32,000 nucleotides of DNA from Erysipelotrichaceae bacterium. GTDB taxonomy: Bacteria; Bacillota_I; Bacilli_A; Erysipelotrichales; Erysipelotrichaceae. How positions within the stretch are numbered: position 1 is the first letter of the stretch; each line of letters opens with the position of its first letter. A program made the position numbers and the translations under genes. Positions 17,478 through 25,625 of the stretch are shown piece after piece. The notes beneath the pieces are model-generated. The model did no database searches, was not told where the DNA came from, and worked only from the letters and a program-made list of their open reading frames with translations. The stretch spans positions 1,800,001-1,832,000 of the forward strand of contig OY781039.1 of assembly GCA_963676105.1 (NCBI GenBank), written 5' to 3'.

Positions 17478-18152
17478 ATGATAGGACTACTCTGTGATGA
17501 TGAATCAATTGTAAAAGAAACATTAGCCATGTATCTTTCTCAAGAAGACTTTGAAAGTGACTTAGCCAGTGATGGCGAAGAAGCCTTAAAGAAATTTAGA
17601 GAAAAGGATTATGACTTCATTGTTTTGGATTTAATGATGCCTAAAATTAATGGACTAGATGTCTGTAAAGAAATTCGTAAAACTTCATCTGTTCCTATTT
17701 TAATGTTGACAGCTCGTGGTGAAGAAATTGATCGTATCCTAGGGTTTGAGTTAGGTGCAGACGATTATATTGTTAAACCATTTTCTTCTCGTGAAGTGGT
17801 GGCTCGTATTAAAGCGATTTTACGTCGTACACAAAATCAAAGTTTAGAAGACAAAGTCATTAAACAAGATAAGTTAAATATTAATCTCGCAACGTATACG
17901 GTTACTTATGATGGTAAAAATTGTGAGATGACACCAAAAGAAGTTGAGATACTGCATCTTCTCGCATCTCATCCGCAACAAGTTTTTTCTCGTGAACAAC
18001 TTTTAAATAATGTTTGGGGATATACCTATTATGGGGATACTCGATCTGTTGATACTCACATTAAACGTATACGTTCTAAAATGCCAGATCATCTTAAAGA
18101 TATTATTCGTACTGTTTATGGTGTTGGTTATAAATTTGAGGCAGTTAAATGA
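17478..18152 (+). CDS. OmpR/PhoB-family response regulator
   Basis: ATG 17478 lies 8 nt after AAAGGAAG; the ORF-track GTG at 17469 overlaps the SD. Receiver Asp is in FIVLDLMMP, with KPF. Winged-helix motifs TRSVDTHIKRIRSKM and VYGVGYKF. Confidence 0.88.
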   Translation: MIGLLCDDESIVKETLAMYLSQEDFESDLASDGEEALKKFREKDYDFIVLDLMMPKINGLDVCKEIRKTSSVPILMLTARGEEIDRILGFELGADDYIVKPFSSREVVARIKAILRRTQNQSLEDKVIKQDKLNINLATYTVTYDGKNCEMTPKEVEILHLLASHPQQVFSREQLLNNVWGYTYYGDTRSVDTHIKRIRSKMPDHLKDIIRTVYGVGYKFEAVK

Positions 18153-19954
18153 AAGTAAAGAAAACTTTATTCTCTAGAATTCTTAAAATATTTATTTTAA
18201 TGTCAGTGGGTTCACTGATTTTAACGATGGCGATAAATACTTATGTATCTCGTATCTATTTTAAGAATCTAAAAGTGAGCGAAGTACAACCAACATTGTC
18301 AGCCGTTGAAAGTTTAGTGTTGGATGTGGAAAATGGAGTGCTAGATGCAGCAACATTAGAACGATTTGTCTTTGCGCAAACATTAGATAAGAATACGCAA
18401 ATTATTATTTCGGACGAATATGGAAATTTAATCTTTTCTTCTCGTGGTATCAAGGATGATCGTAATGAACCAAATGATCAACCTAACATGCCTACAAATC
18501 CAGATGATTTTTTTGTTTTTTCTAATACTGAAATCCTCAATGAAATTTTATTAGCTAATGATATTTATGTGGAAATTATCAAATTAGATGGAACTGATTT
18601 TGAATCTATGATTATCGGGCAAACTATAGTAGATAGTGATGGTGTAGTTGTAGGTACTGTAGCCGCAATTGTTCCTGTATATGAATTAGATGAAGCTGTT
18701 TATACATTAATGATTTCACTAGCGATTTCAATGTCTGCTGTTATGTTAGTTAGTGTCTTTGTGCTCTATCTCTTCTCTAAGAAACTCACAAAACCCATTA
18801 TTAACATGATGGAAGTCGCTAATCAAATGAGCCAAGGTTCGTTTGAAAATAAGGCTGATCAAACTGATCCAAGTGAAATTGGTGCTTTGGGTTTATCCTT
18901 AAATACCATGTCTGATTCACTAAAGTCTACGTTAGATGAAATCCAATCTGAACGCTCTAAACTAGAACTGATGTTGAAGAGTATGAAAGAAGGGGTTATC
19001 TCATTTGATATTGATGGGAAAATACTAGTTACAAACCCAGCAGTTTATCAATTACTTGAAGTGGATACTGTTGAAGAACTACAAACACTTATTAATCAAA
19101 ACTTTATTCAAGATGCGATTAATTCAGCTAAAGCTGGTGAATTTAAAGCTAGCGAATTTAAGATAAAAGAAAATACCATTGGTTTATCTGTTTCACCTAT
19201 TTATACTAGTGAAAAGGATGTGAGTGGTGTAGTTGCCGTCTTTACAGATCAATCTGAAGCAAAAAGAATTGAAAAGATGCAAAGAGACTATGTAGCCAAT
19301 GTTTCACATGAACTGAGAACGCCTATTACGGCAATGAGAGCGTTTATTGAACCACTCAATGATAACCTCATTAAAGATGAAGCTAAGAAACATGAATACT
19401 ACAACAACATGCTTAAAGAGATTGAAAGACTTAATCGTTTAATTAATGACCTACTTGAGCTCTCTCGTCTTCAAAATACAAATGTTGCATTCAAAGAAAA
19501 TAAGTTCAATTTAAAACAATTGCTTACAGATATAAGTGATCGTTATCAATTCCTAGCGAAAGAAAGAAAGATTGAATTAAACACAAGTATTGAATTAATA
19601 AATGAAGACATCATAAGTAATGAAGATCGTGTTGAACAAGTGCTAACCATTCTTTTAGATAATGCCTTTAAGTATACTGAAAAAGGTCATATAGATTTAT
19701 CTGTTTATCTAGAGAAAAAACATGTCTGCATTAAAGTCAGTGATAGTGGTGTAGGGATAGCTCAAAAAGACTTACCATTTATCTTTGAAAGATTCTATAC
19801 CGTAGATAAAGCACGTACCTATAAATCATTTGGTTTAGGTTTATCAATCGCGAAAGAAATCATTGAACACTTAGATGCAAGTATCAGTGTTGAATCTCGA
19901 TTAAACGAAGGAACAAGTTTCACCTTAAAATTCAATAAAGCATCAGAAAAGTAA
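18149..19954 (+). CDS. sensor histidine kinase (two TM helices flanking a ~150-aa extracytoplasmic domain, HAMP, PAS, HisKA, HATPase)
   Basis: ATGA overlap with the response regulator. H-box [13 protein letters not shown]-box LDNAFKYT, G-boxes DSGVGI and GLGLSIAKE. Confidence 0.88.
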   Translation: MKVKKTLFSRILKIFILMSVGSLILTMAINTYVSRIYFKNLKVSEVQPTLSAVESLVLDVENGVLDAATLERFVFAQTLDKNTQIIISDEYGNLIFSSRGIKDDRNEPNDQPNMPTNPDDFFVFSNTEILNEILLANDIYVEIIKLDGTDFESMIIGQTIVDSDGVVVGTVAAIVPVYELDEAVYTLMISLAISMSAVMLVSVFVLYLFSKKLTKPIINMMEVANQMSQGSFENKADQTDPSEIGALGLSLNTMSDSLKSTLDEIQSERSKLELMLKSMKEGVISFDIDGKILVTNPAVYQLLEVDTVEELQTLINQNFIQDAINSAKAGEFKASEFKIKENTIGLSVSPIYTSEKDVSGVVAVFTDQSEAKRIEKMQRDYVANVSHELRTPITAMRAFIEPLNDNLIKDEAKKHEYYNNMLKEIERLNRLINDLLELSRLQNTNVAFKENKFNLKQLLTDISDRYQFLAKERKIELNTSIELINEDIISNEDRVEQVLTILLDNAFKYTEKGHIDLSVYLEKKHVCIKVSDSGVGIAQKDLPFIFERFYTVDKARTYKSFGLGLSIAKEIIEHLDASISVESRLNEGTSFTLKFNKASEK

Positions 19955-19970
19955 ATCTGATGCTTTTTCT
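19939..19970 (+). terminator. intrinsic terminator overlapping the kinase stop codon
   Basis: AGCATCAGA (19939-19947) pairs with TCTGATGCT (19956-19964), followed by TTTTTCTTT. The TAA stop lies in the loop. Confidence 0.7.
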
Positions 19971-19983
19971 TTATACTAAAAGT

Positions 19984-20391
19984 ATGAAAAAACTCGATGA
20001 ACTCACAGCATTACAATTTGAAGTAACACAACACAGCGCAACTGAAAGACCTTTTCAAAATGAATTCTATGATCACTTTGAAGAAGGTATTTATGTCAAT
20101 ATTATTTCAGGTGAAGTATTGTTTTCATCACTTGATAAATTTGATTCACATTGTGGATGGCCAAGTTTCACTAAACCCATCAATCCACTCATCGAAATCA
20201 AAGATTTAAGTCATGGGATGATTCGTACTGAAGTAAGAACTAATAACTCACACTTAGGTCATGTCTTTAGTGATGGACCACAAGACAAAGGTGGCTTAAG
20301 ATACTGTATAAACTCAGCATCGCTTGAATTCATTCCTAAAAATAAAATGAAAGAAATGGGATATGACGCATACCTATCATTATTTAAATGA
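19984..20391 (+). CDS. msrB: peptide-methionine (R)-S-oxide reductase
   Basis: Start moved to ATG 19984 (MKKLDELT...), because the 19960 start lies inside the terminator stem. Motifs HCGWPSF and [11 protein letters not shown]. Confidence 0.9.
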   Translation: MKKLDELTALQFEVTQHSATERPFQNEFYDHFEEGIYVNIISGEVLFSSLDKFDSHCGWPSFTKPINPLIEIKDLSHGMIRTEVRTNNSHLGHVFSDGPQDKGGLRYCINSASLEFIPKNKMKEMGYDAYLSLFK

Positions 20392-20419
20392 TAAAATAGA
20401 CCAAACAAGGAACTATGAA

Positions 20420-20977
20420 ATGCCATTTAAACTACGTGATTTTACTAAACGAACAAGAGCTTTAGTCCTAAGAAGAGGATTAAATTTAGCCGAAGAAAAC
20501 AAACTCCAAGTCATTGAACACAATGATGAGCATGCTCATTATCGTGTTGATAATAATCATGGAGCTTATTATCGTGTCGAGATTCGTTTCAATGACAAAG
20601 ATGAAGTAGCTTTTACCCATTGTGAATGTCCTTATCGTGGTGTTGGTATATGTAAACACACTGCAGCTGCACTATTAGATATGTTAAGAGTGGAAGGTTT
20701 TGATTTTAATAATCTAGAAGCAGAAGACTTTATCATGGATGATGCGGATGTCTTAGAAGAAGATGGTTACGAAGAAACTTTAAGAGAACTCATTCGTGAG
20801 ATCTCTCAAAATAAAAAGTTTGATATGATGCGTTTTTTAGAGAAACAAAATAAAGAAGATCTAATGACCTTTATTATTAAATATTTAGAAGAAAGTGAAG
20901 ATATTCGTTTAGTGGTTATGGCTTATCTTTGGTATAAAAATGCTGAAGTGAATCAACACTACGATAAATTATCCTAA
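20420..20977 (+). CDS. SWIM zinc-finger protein with an acidic helical C-terminal half
   Basis: Start moved to ATG 20420 (AAGGAA SD 7 nt upstream). SWIM signature CECPYRGVGICKH. TAATG stop/start junction with maf. Confidence 0.7.
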   Translation: MPFKLRDFTKRTRALVLRRGLNLAEENKLQVIEHNDEHAHYRVDNNHGAYYRVEIRFNDKDEVAFTHCECPYRGVGICKHTAAALLDMLRVEGFDFNNLEAEDFIMDDADVLEEDGYEETLRELIREISQNKKFDMMRFLEKQNKEDLMTFIIKYLEESEDIRLVVMAYLWYKNAEVNQHYDKLS

Positions 20978-21543
20978 TGAAAAACATTGTACTTGCCTCA
21001 CAAAGCCCACGTAGACGTGAGCTTTTAACTCGTTTGGGTTATCCATTCACAACTGATTCAGCTGATATTGATGAAACACTTGATTCTAGCCGTAGTGTTC
21101 AAGAAGCTGTTGAAGCACTTGCTTTAAAAAAAGCACAAGCGGTTGAAGAGAAACATCATGATTCAATTATTATTACCGCGGATACAGTGGTTGTTTTAAA
21201 TGAGAAAATCTATGGCAAAGCTGAAAATTTTGATGAAGCTTTTAGCATGCTGAAAGAACTATCAGGTCATACTCATCAAGTGATGACTTCGATGTGTTTG
21301 ATGTATAAAAATACATATGAAACGTTTACCTCAATCACTGATGTAGAGTTCTATGATTTAGTAGATCAAGAAATCAAATCCTACATTGAAACAGGTGAAG
21401 CTTTTGATAAAGCAGGGGCATACGGTATCCAAGATTTAGGTTCTCTTTTTATTAAAGGAATCAAAGGTGATTACTATACGGTAATGGGTTTACCTGTCTC
21501 TCTATTAAAGAGAAAATTAGACAAGTTCATAGAGACTATTTGA
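20977..21543 (+). CDS. maf: Maf-family nucleoside triphosphate pyrophosphatase
   Basis: Motifs LASQSPRRRELL, ADTVV, KAGAYGIQ. Confidence 0.9.
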   Translation: MKNIVLASQSPRRRELLTRLGYPFTTDSADIDETLDSSRSVQEAVEALALKKAQAVEEKHHDSIIITADTVVVLNEKIYGKAENFDEAFSMLKELSGHTHQVMTSMCLMYKNTYETFTSITDVEFYDLVDQEIKSYIETGEAFDKAGAYGIQDLGSLFIKGIKGDYYTVMGLPVSLLKRKLDKFIETI

Positions 21544-21586
21544 TACTTGCATAATCACTGTTTTTTAAGTATTATATGAAAGCAGT

Positions 21587-21660
21587 GCCGACATAGTTCA
21601 ACGGTAAAATAGAGCAATGGTAATGCTCAGTTCCGAGTTCGATTCTCGGTGTCGGCACCA
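21587..21660 (+). tRNA. tRNA-Thr (anticodon GGU), CCA-encoded
   Basis: Manual cloverleaf. Acceptor GCCGACA/TGTCGGC. D arm is GTTC..AAAT (weak). Anticodon stem GAGCA/TGCTC with loop ATGGTAA. T arm CCGAG-TTCGATT-CTCGG. Discriminator A, then CCA. 74 nt. Confidence 0.8.
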
Positions 21661-21670
21661 TTTACAAGTC

Positions 21671-21693
21671 AAGACCCAGTTTGGGTCTTTTTC
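21671..21693 (+). terminator. intrinsic terminator after tRNA-Thr
   Basis: AGACCC, AGTT loop, GGGTCT, followed by TTTTTC. Confidence 0.75.
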
Positions 21694-21742
21694 TATGTAA
21701 AACCGCGTAAAAACACATAAAAACATATATTACTTTATTAGA

Positions 21743-21772
21743 CTGGGTCACGTCCGGGTCATACCGGGTCAC
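21743..21772 (+). repeat. three direct copies of (C)(C/T)GGGTCA at 11- and 10-bp spacing
   Basis: CTGGGTCAC (21743-21751), CCGGGTCAT (21754-21762), CCGGGTCAC (21764-21772). This is a GC-rich patch in AT-rich non-coding DNA. It is preceded by phased TAAAA(A/C)C tracts at 21698, 21708 and 21718. Confidence 0.6.
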
Positions 21773-21884
21773 GAGTAAAAAAATTTATGTAATTTTGTAG
21801 AATTTTACGATTATAACTACCAAATGTAAGGGAGCACTTATTCCTAAATAATTTCTAAAATTTAGTTAGAAAAGAGGAAAGTAT

Positions 21885-21962
21885 ATGTCAGCAACTAAAG
21901 ATGAGTATGGATTCTGGAGGTATCAAAAAGTTATTTTGTCAAATGGCGAAGATTTAAAATAA
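21885..21962 (+). CDS. 25-codon ORF (MSATKDEYGFWRYQKVILSNGEDLK) with a strong SD; possibly a remnant of an integrase N-terminus (speculative)
   Basis: AGAGGA SD (21873-21878) lies 6 nt before the ATG. The G-x-W-R-Y...NG pattern resembles the N-terminal arm-binding region of Firmicute tyrosine integrases. It lies next to a tRNA gene. No homology search was possible. Confidence 0.25.
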   Translation: MSATKDEYGFWRYQKVILSNGEDLK

Positions 21963-21977
21963 AAAGCGGGCAATTTT

Positions 21978-22553
21978 TTATTGCTTGTTTTTGCTTTTGT
22001 TGAATAGATTATTAATGCTATCTAGTAATATTTTTTCAATTAAGTCGCTATTTGATAGATGATTATATCTAAACAGAGTTCCGATACCTGAAAAAATAAA
22101 AGCTAACTTAAATTCATTTTCAGTCGTCTTTTCTAATGATGTTTCAGTAAAAATTTTACTTATTAGAGCTTGAACATATAGTATTTGAGCAGTTTGATTG
22201 TATTTGCGATTTTCCATAGAAAAAAAGGGATCATTTTGAAAGCGAACAGTTGTTATAGAACTTGAAACTAATAGTTGTGAAAATTTTTTAGAATCCCTTA
22301 AAAAAATGTGCATAAAATCCATTTGTTCTACCATTTTATTTAAATGTTGTTGCAAGGCAAATTGATATAGATCAAAAATGTCATCAAAATGCAGATAGAA
22401 AGTGCCTTTGTTAATTTTGGCTATTCTCGCTAATTCTGAAACACTAATTCGATCGATAGGTTTTTGCTTTATTAGTTCATTTAATGCATTCAAAATAGAA
22501 TCTTTAGACTTGATAATTCTTAAATCTGTATTGGTTTCATAATTATATTTCAT
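21978..22553 (-). CDS. TetR/AcrR-family transcriptional regulator
   Basis: HTH 'ISVSELARIAKINKGTFYLHF'. 191 aa. Divergent from the hydrolase operon. Confidence 0.85.
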   Translation of the reverse strand: MKYNYETNTDLRIIKSKDSILNALNELIKQKPIDRISVSELARIAKINKGTFYLHFDDIFDLYQFALQQHLNKMVEQMDFMHIFLRDSKKFSQLLVSSSITTVRFQNDPFFSMENRKYNQTAQILYVQALISKIFTETSLEKTTENEFKLAFIFSGIGTLFRYNHLSNSDLIEKILLDSINNLFNKSKNKQ

Positions 22554-22569
22554 AGTGGGCTCCAGTTAA

Positions 22570-22594
22570 TAGACAATCAGTAATATTTTGTCTA
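22570..22594. promoter_or_regulatory. inverted repeat TAGACAA-N11-TTGTCTA; candidate TetR operator
   Basis: Perfect 7-bp arms 17 nt from the TetR start codon. A third TAGACAA half-site lies at 22630-22636. Confidence 0.35.
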
Positions 22595-22742
22595 ATATAA
22601 TTTAATTTTAATTAACAATCATTGAATAATAGACAACTGTTGAATAAAATAGTGTCATGAAAGAGTCGATTTGTCAAAGAGCAAAACAAATTTTTATTAG
22701 TTTATTTAAGTTAATAATAAAAAGATCTGTATTAGTTTGGGT

Positions 22743-22766
22743 ACTAGAATTTAATGCAATTCTAGT
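22743..22766. promoter_or_regulatory. perfect inverted repeat ACTAGAATT-N6-AATTCTAGT
   Basis: 9-bp arms, immediately upstream of the GTTCA tandem repeats and the putative hydrolase promoter. Confidence 0.4.
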
Positions 22767-22769
22767 TAA

Positions 22770-22807
22770 TTAGAGTTCATATTTTGTTCACATAAAAAAG
22801 ATACTAT
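22770..22807 (+). promoter_or_regulatory. tandem 11-bp GTTCA units plus a -10 (TACTAT); putative response-regulator-dependent promoter of the hydrolase operon
   Basis: TTAGAGTTCAT (22770-22780) and ATTTTGTTCAC (22781-22791), then a 10-bp gap and TACTAT (22802-22807). The geometry and 9-mer TTTGTTCAC are the same as at 24876-24913. Confidence 0.45.
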
Positions 22808-22835
22808 TTTCGTAAGCAATAAGGAGGAAAATATT

Positions 22836-24056
22836 GTGGCACAAAAAAATCCAATGCAATTAATGAAACAAAAGGTAGATATGAGCAAATATGTCATGTC
22901 TGGAAAACCTTGGTCAGAAGTGAAATTCTTCGATCAAATTATGATGGATGCGTTAATGAAGCATATTTTTGGGCTGATACAGTATGGCATGGTTGATTTC
23001 GGTGAGGTTATGGATACGATTGGTCATATGAAAAGTGCAGATGAAGATGGATGGATTGATGCATGGTCAGAGCGGGGATCTAAACTCGAAATTAAGGCTA
23101 AAGAAGCAGAAGCACAAGGTAAGCTTATTAGTGCAAGTCAGAGATATTTAAGAGCTTCAAGTTATTATAGGATTGGGCTTATGTACTTTAGCAAACCGGA
23201 AGATTCAAGGATGAAACAAGATAGCATAAGCAGTCAAACTTGTTATGAAAAATATCTTCAGCTTTCTGGTTATCCTGGGGAACATATAGAAATACCTTAT
23301 GAGGGTACCAGTTTGCCAGGGCATTTGTATAGGTCGCCTAAAGCAAAGGAAAAAGCGCCATTGCTGATTATAACACCGGGTAGGGATACTTGGGCTGAAG
23401 ATACGGTCTGGGTATATGATATGGCCTTAAAAAGAGGCATTCATTGTCTGGTACTTGATGGACCGGGTCAGGGATTTGCTTTGAGACTTCAAGGGTTACC
23501 TTTCAGACCTGATTGGGAGAATGTCATTACACCGGTAGTAGATTATGCCATCTCAATACCAGATGTTGATGTAGACCGAATAGGTCTAATGGGTATTAGT
23601 TTTGGTGGCTTCCTAGCACCAAGAGCCGTTGCTTTCGAAAAAAGAATTAAGCTTTGTATCACCAATCCGGGAAATATGAATTGGGGAGCAGGCATCGGTG
23701 AAGCATTAGGGAAGATGAAAAATGTACCTAAGATGATGGTTCCTAAATCTGTTCAGACTATGATTGCAGATTACGCATGGAAACAAGGTGTAGAAAACAG
23801 TATTGACTCTGTAGTAGATGAACTAAAAAAATATAATAATACAGATATCATTGATAAAATCACTTGTAAGATGCTGGTCATGGATGGCACAGCAGAAATC
23901 ACCTATGGTGAATCCGAGAAGATGTTTAAAGCCCTTAAATGTGAAAAAGAGTATATGTTGTTCGATGAAGATTCAACAGCCCAAAATCACTGCCAAATGG
24001 GTGGTTATGCGGTAGCTTCAGAAATATTGCTTGATTGGATCGAAGATAATATATAA
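22836..24056 (+). CDS. alpha/beta hydrolase (FrsA/DUF1100-like, N-terminal helical domain)
   Basis: GTG start 8 nt after a GGAGG SD. Nucleophile elbow GISFGGF. Late His in QNHCQMGG. Confidence 0.75.
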   Translation: MAQKNPMQLMKQKVDMSKYVMSGKPWSEVKFFDQIMMDALMKHIFGLIQYGMVDFGEVMDTIGHMKSADEDGWIDAWSERGSKLEIKAKEAEAQGKLISASQRYLRASSYYRIGLMYFSKPEDSRMKQDSISSQTCYEKYLQLSGYPGEHIEIPYEGTSLPGHLYRSPKAKEKAPLLIITPGRDTWAEDTVWVYDMALKRGIHCLVLDGPGQGFALRLQGLPFRPDWENVITPVVDYAISIPDVDVDRIGLMGISFGGFLAPRAVAFEKRIKLCITNPGNMNWGAGIGEALGKMKNVPKMMVPKSVQTMIADYAWKQGVENSIDSVVDELKKYNNTDIIDKITCKMLVMDGTAEITYGESEKMFKALKCEKEYMLFDEDSTAQNHCQMGGYAVASEILLDWIEDNI

Positions 24057-24081
24057 GTTTTTGAAAGGATATTTATATTGT

Positions 24082-24852
24082 ATGAGTAATATATTGTTTT
24101 GTTTTTCTGGAACAGGAAATAGCTTATCTATTGCAAAAGAAGTTGCAAATAAAGTATCAAATACAAAACTCATTTTAATTGCAGATGTAAGAAATGAATC
24201 TATTGATTTGAAATCATATGAGCGTGTTGGATTTGTATTTCCTGCCTATTTTGGCAAGCTGCCTCCGATTGTTGAAGATTTTATTCAGAAATTATATTTT
24301 TATGAACATAACTACATTTTTTCGATAGTAACTGCTGGTGCACGACAAGGGAATGCAGCGAATGATTTAGCATATTATATAAATAAAAATAATGGTACAT
24401 TGAAATTAAACTATAATTTGAGCATGCCTGGAAATTACATAGTAATGTATGGAGCATGGCCCAAATTCATTCAAGATATTCAACTTAAAAATATACAGAA
24501 GAAAAAAGATGTCATTGTCGGGTCAATCAAAATTAAAAAAGAGAATGTTAAATTATCTAATGGTAAAAAACCCAAATCTCTTATAGAGATAATGCCTGAT
24601 CTTTCAGAATTTGCAAAAGATTATTTAGTGAATGAAAATTGCACAGCGTGTCAAACTTGCGTTAAAGTTTGTCCGATGGCAAATATAAGTATGCTAAATG
24701 GTAAGCCAGTATTTGGTGATGAATGTACAAAATGTATGGCTTGCATTCAATGGTGTACTGAGCATGCTATTGAATACAAAGATAAAACTCAAAAGAGAAC
24801 TCGATATCATCATCCAGATATAAAAGCAATTGATCTATATAAGTCACAATAA
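24082..24852 (+). CDS. EFR1-type ferredoxin (flavodoxin-like N-terminal domain + 2x[4Fe-4S] C-terminal domain)
   Basis: Start moved to ATG 24082 (MSNILFCFSGTGNS...). Cluster motifs CTACQTCVKVCP and CTKCMACIQWC. Confidence 0.75.
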   Translation: MSNILFCFSGTGNSLSIAKEVANKVSNTKLILIADVRNESIDLKSYERVGFVFPAYFGKLPPIVEDFIQKLYFYEHNYIFSIVTAGARQGNAANDLAYYINKNNGTLKLNYNLSMPGNYIVMYGAWPKFIQDIQLKNIQKKKDVIVGSIKIKKENVKLSNGKKPKSLIEIMPDLSEFAKDYLVNENCTACQTCVKVCPMANISMLNGKPVFGDECTKCMACIQWCTEHAIEYKDKTQKRTRYHHPDIKAIDLYKSQ

Positions 24853-24875
24853 ATGATCTTTAACGGGATCATTTT

Positions 24876-24913
24876 AATTTGTTCACAATTTGTTCATATA
24901 GTAGAACTATAAT
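24876..24913 (+). promoter_or_regulatory. Pho-box-like tandem 11-bp direct repeats plus TATAAT; putative autoregulated promoter of the second two-component system
   Basis: AATTTGTTCAC (24876-24886) and AATTTGTTCAT (24887-24897), 10/11 identical. A 10-bp gap follows, then TATAAT (24908-24913). Confidence 0.5.
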
Positions 24914-24941
24914 TATTATGAAAGATGTGGTAGTAAACATT

Positions 24942-25625
24942 ATGATAAAAATTCTTATTGTCGAAGATCAAATAAATATTCGAAAGTTATATCAAAACTT
25001 TTTAAGTAAAAATGGATATGAGGTTTTTGAAGCGAGTGATGGGTTAATTGCAACTGACATGATGTTGAATGTAAAGTTTGACATGATATTAATGGATGTC
25101 ATGATGCCAAACATGGATGGTTATGAATTAAGTGAATGGGTTCGTGAAAATTTCCCTGAAATGCCACAATTAATGATTACAGCGCGTGGTCAACTTGATG
25201 ATAAACTAACTGGCTTTAGAAAAGGTGTCGATGACTACATTGTAAAACCTATTGATCTTTCAGAACTTTTAGTTCGAGTTCAAGCATTACTGCGAAGAGC
25301 TAATATTCATCAAATCAAAAAGATAGAATTTAGAGATACCATTATTGATGAAAATAGCCACAATATAGTTATTAATAGTGAAAGAATCGAACTACCTAAA
25401 AAAGAATTCGAGTTAATTTATAAATTAGCAAACTATCCTTCCAAGGTATTTACTAGAACTGAACTATTTGATGAATTATGGGGATATGATTCAATGGCAG
25501 ATGAAAGAACTATTGATGTACATATCAAACGCCTAAGAGAAAAAATAGTTAATAGTCAAGATATAAGTATTGTGACTGTACGTGGTATGGGTTATAAACT
25601 GGAAAAGCTTTATGAAACGATTTAA
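24942..25625 (+). CDS. OmpR/PhoB-family response regulator
   Basis: Start taken at ATG 24942 (MIKILIVEDQ...), downstream of the putative -10 at 24908. Motifs MILMDVMMPNMDGY, KPI, ERTIDVHIKRLREK, VRGMGYKL. Confidence 0.85.
   Translation: MIKILIVEDQINIRKLYQNFLSKNGYEVFEASDGLIATDMMLNVKFDMILMDVMMPNMDGYELSEWVRENFPEMPQLMITARGQLDDKLTGFRKGVDDYIVKPIDLSELLVRVQALLRRANIHQIKKIEFRDTIIDENSHNIVINSERIELPKKEFELIYKLANYPSKVFTRTELFDELWGYDSMADERTIDVHIKRLREKIVNSQDISIVTVRGMGYKLEKLYETI

Noticed and set aside
19960-20419. Long N-terminal extensions of msrB (19960) and the SWIM gene (20363) in the ORF track
   Set aside because: The 19960 start sits in the terminator stem. The 20363 start overlaps msrB by 29 nt, whereas ATG 20420 has an AAGGAA SD.
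22657-22773. 38-aa ORF in the TetR/hydrolase intergenic region
   Set aside because: It has no SD, and it spans the palindromic and tandem-repeat operator-like elements. The region is more plausibly regulatory DNA.
24031-24941. ORF-track starts 24031 (ferredoxin), 24879 (response regulator) and 25582 (kinase)
   Set aside because: The upstream extensions overlap preceding genes or the putative promoter. The internal ATGs at 24082, 24942 and 25612 give canonical family N-termini.
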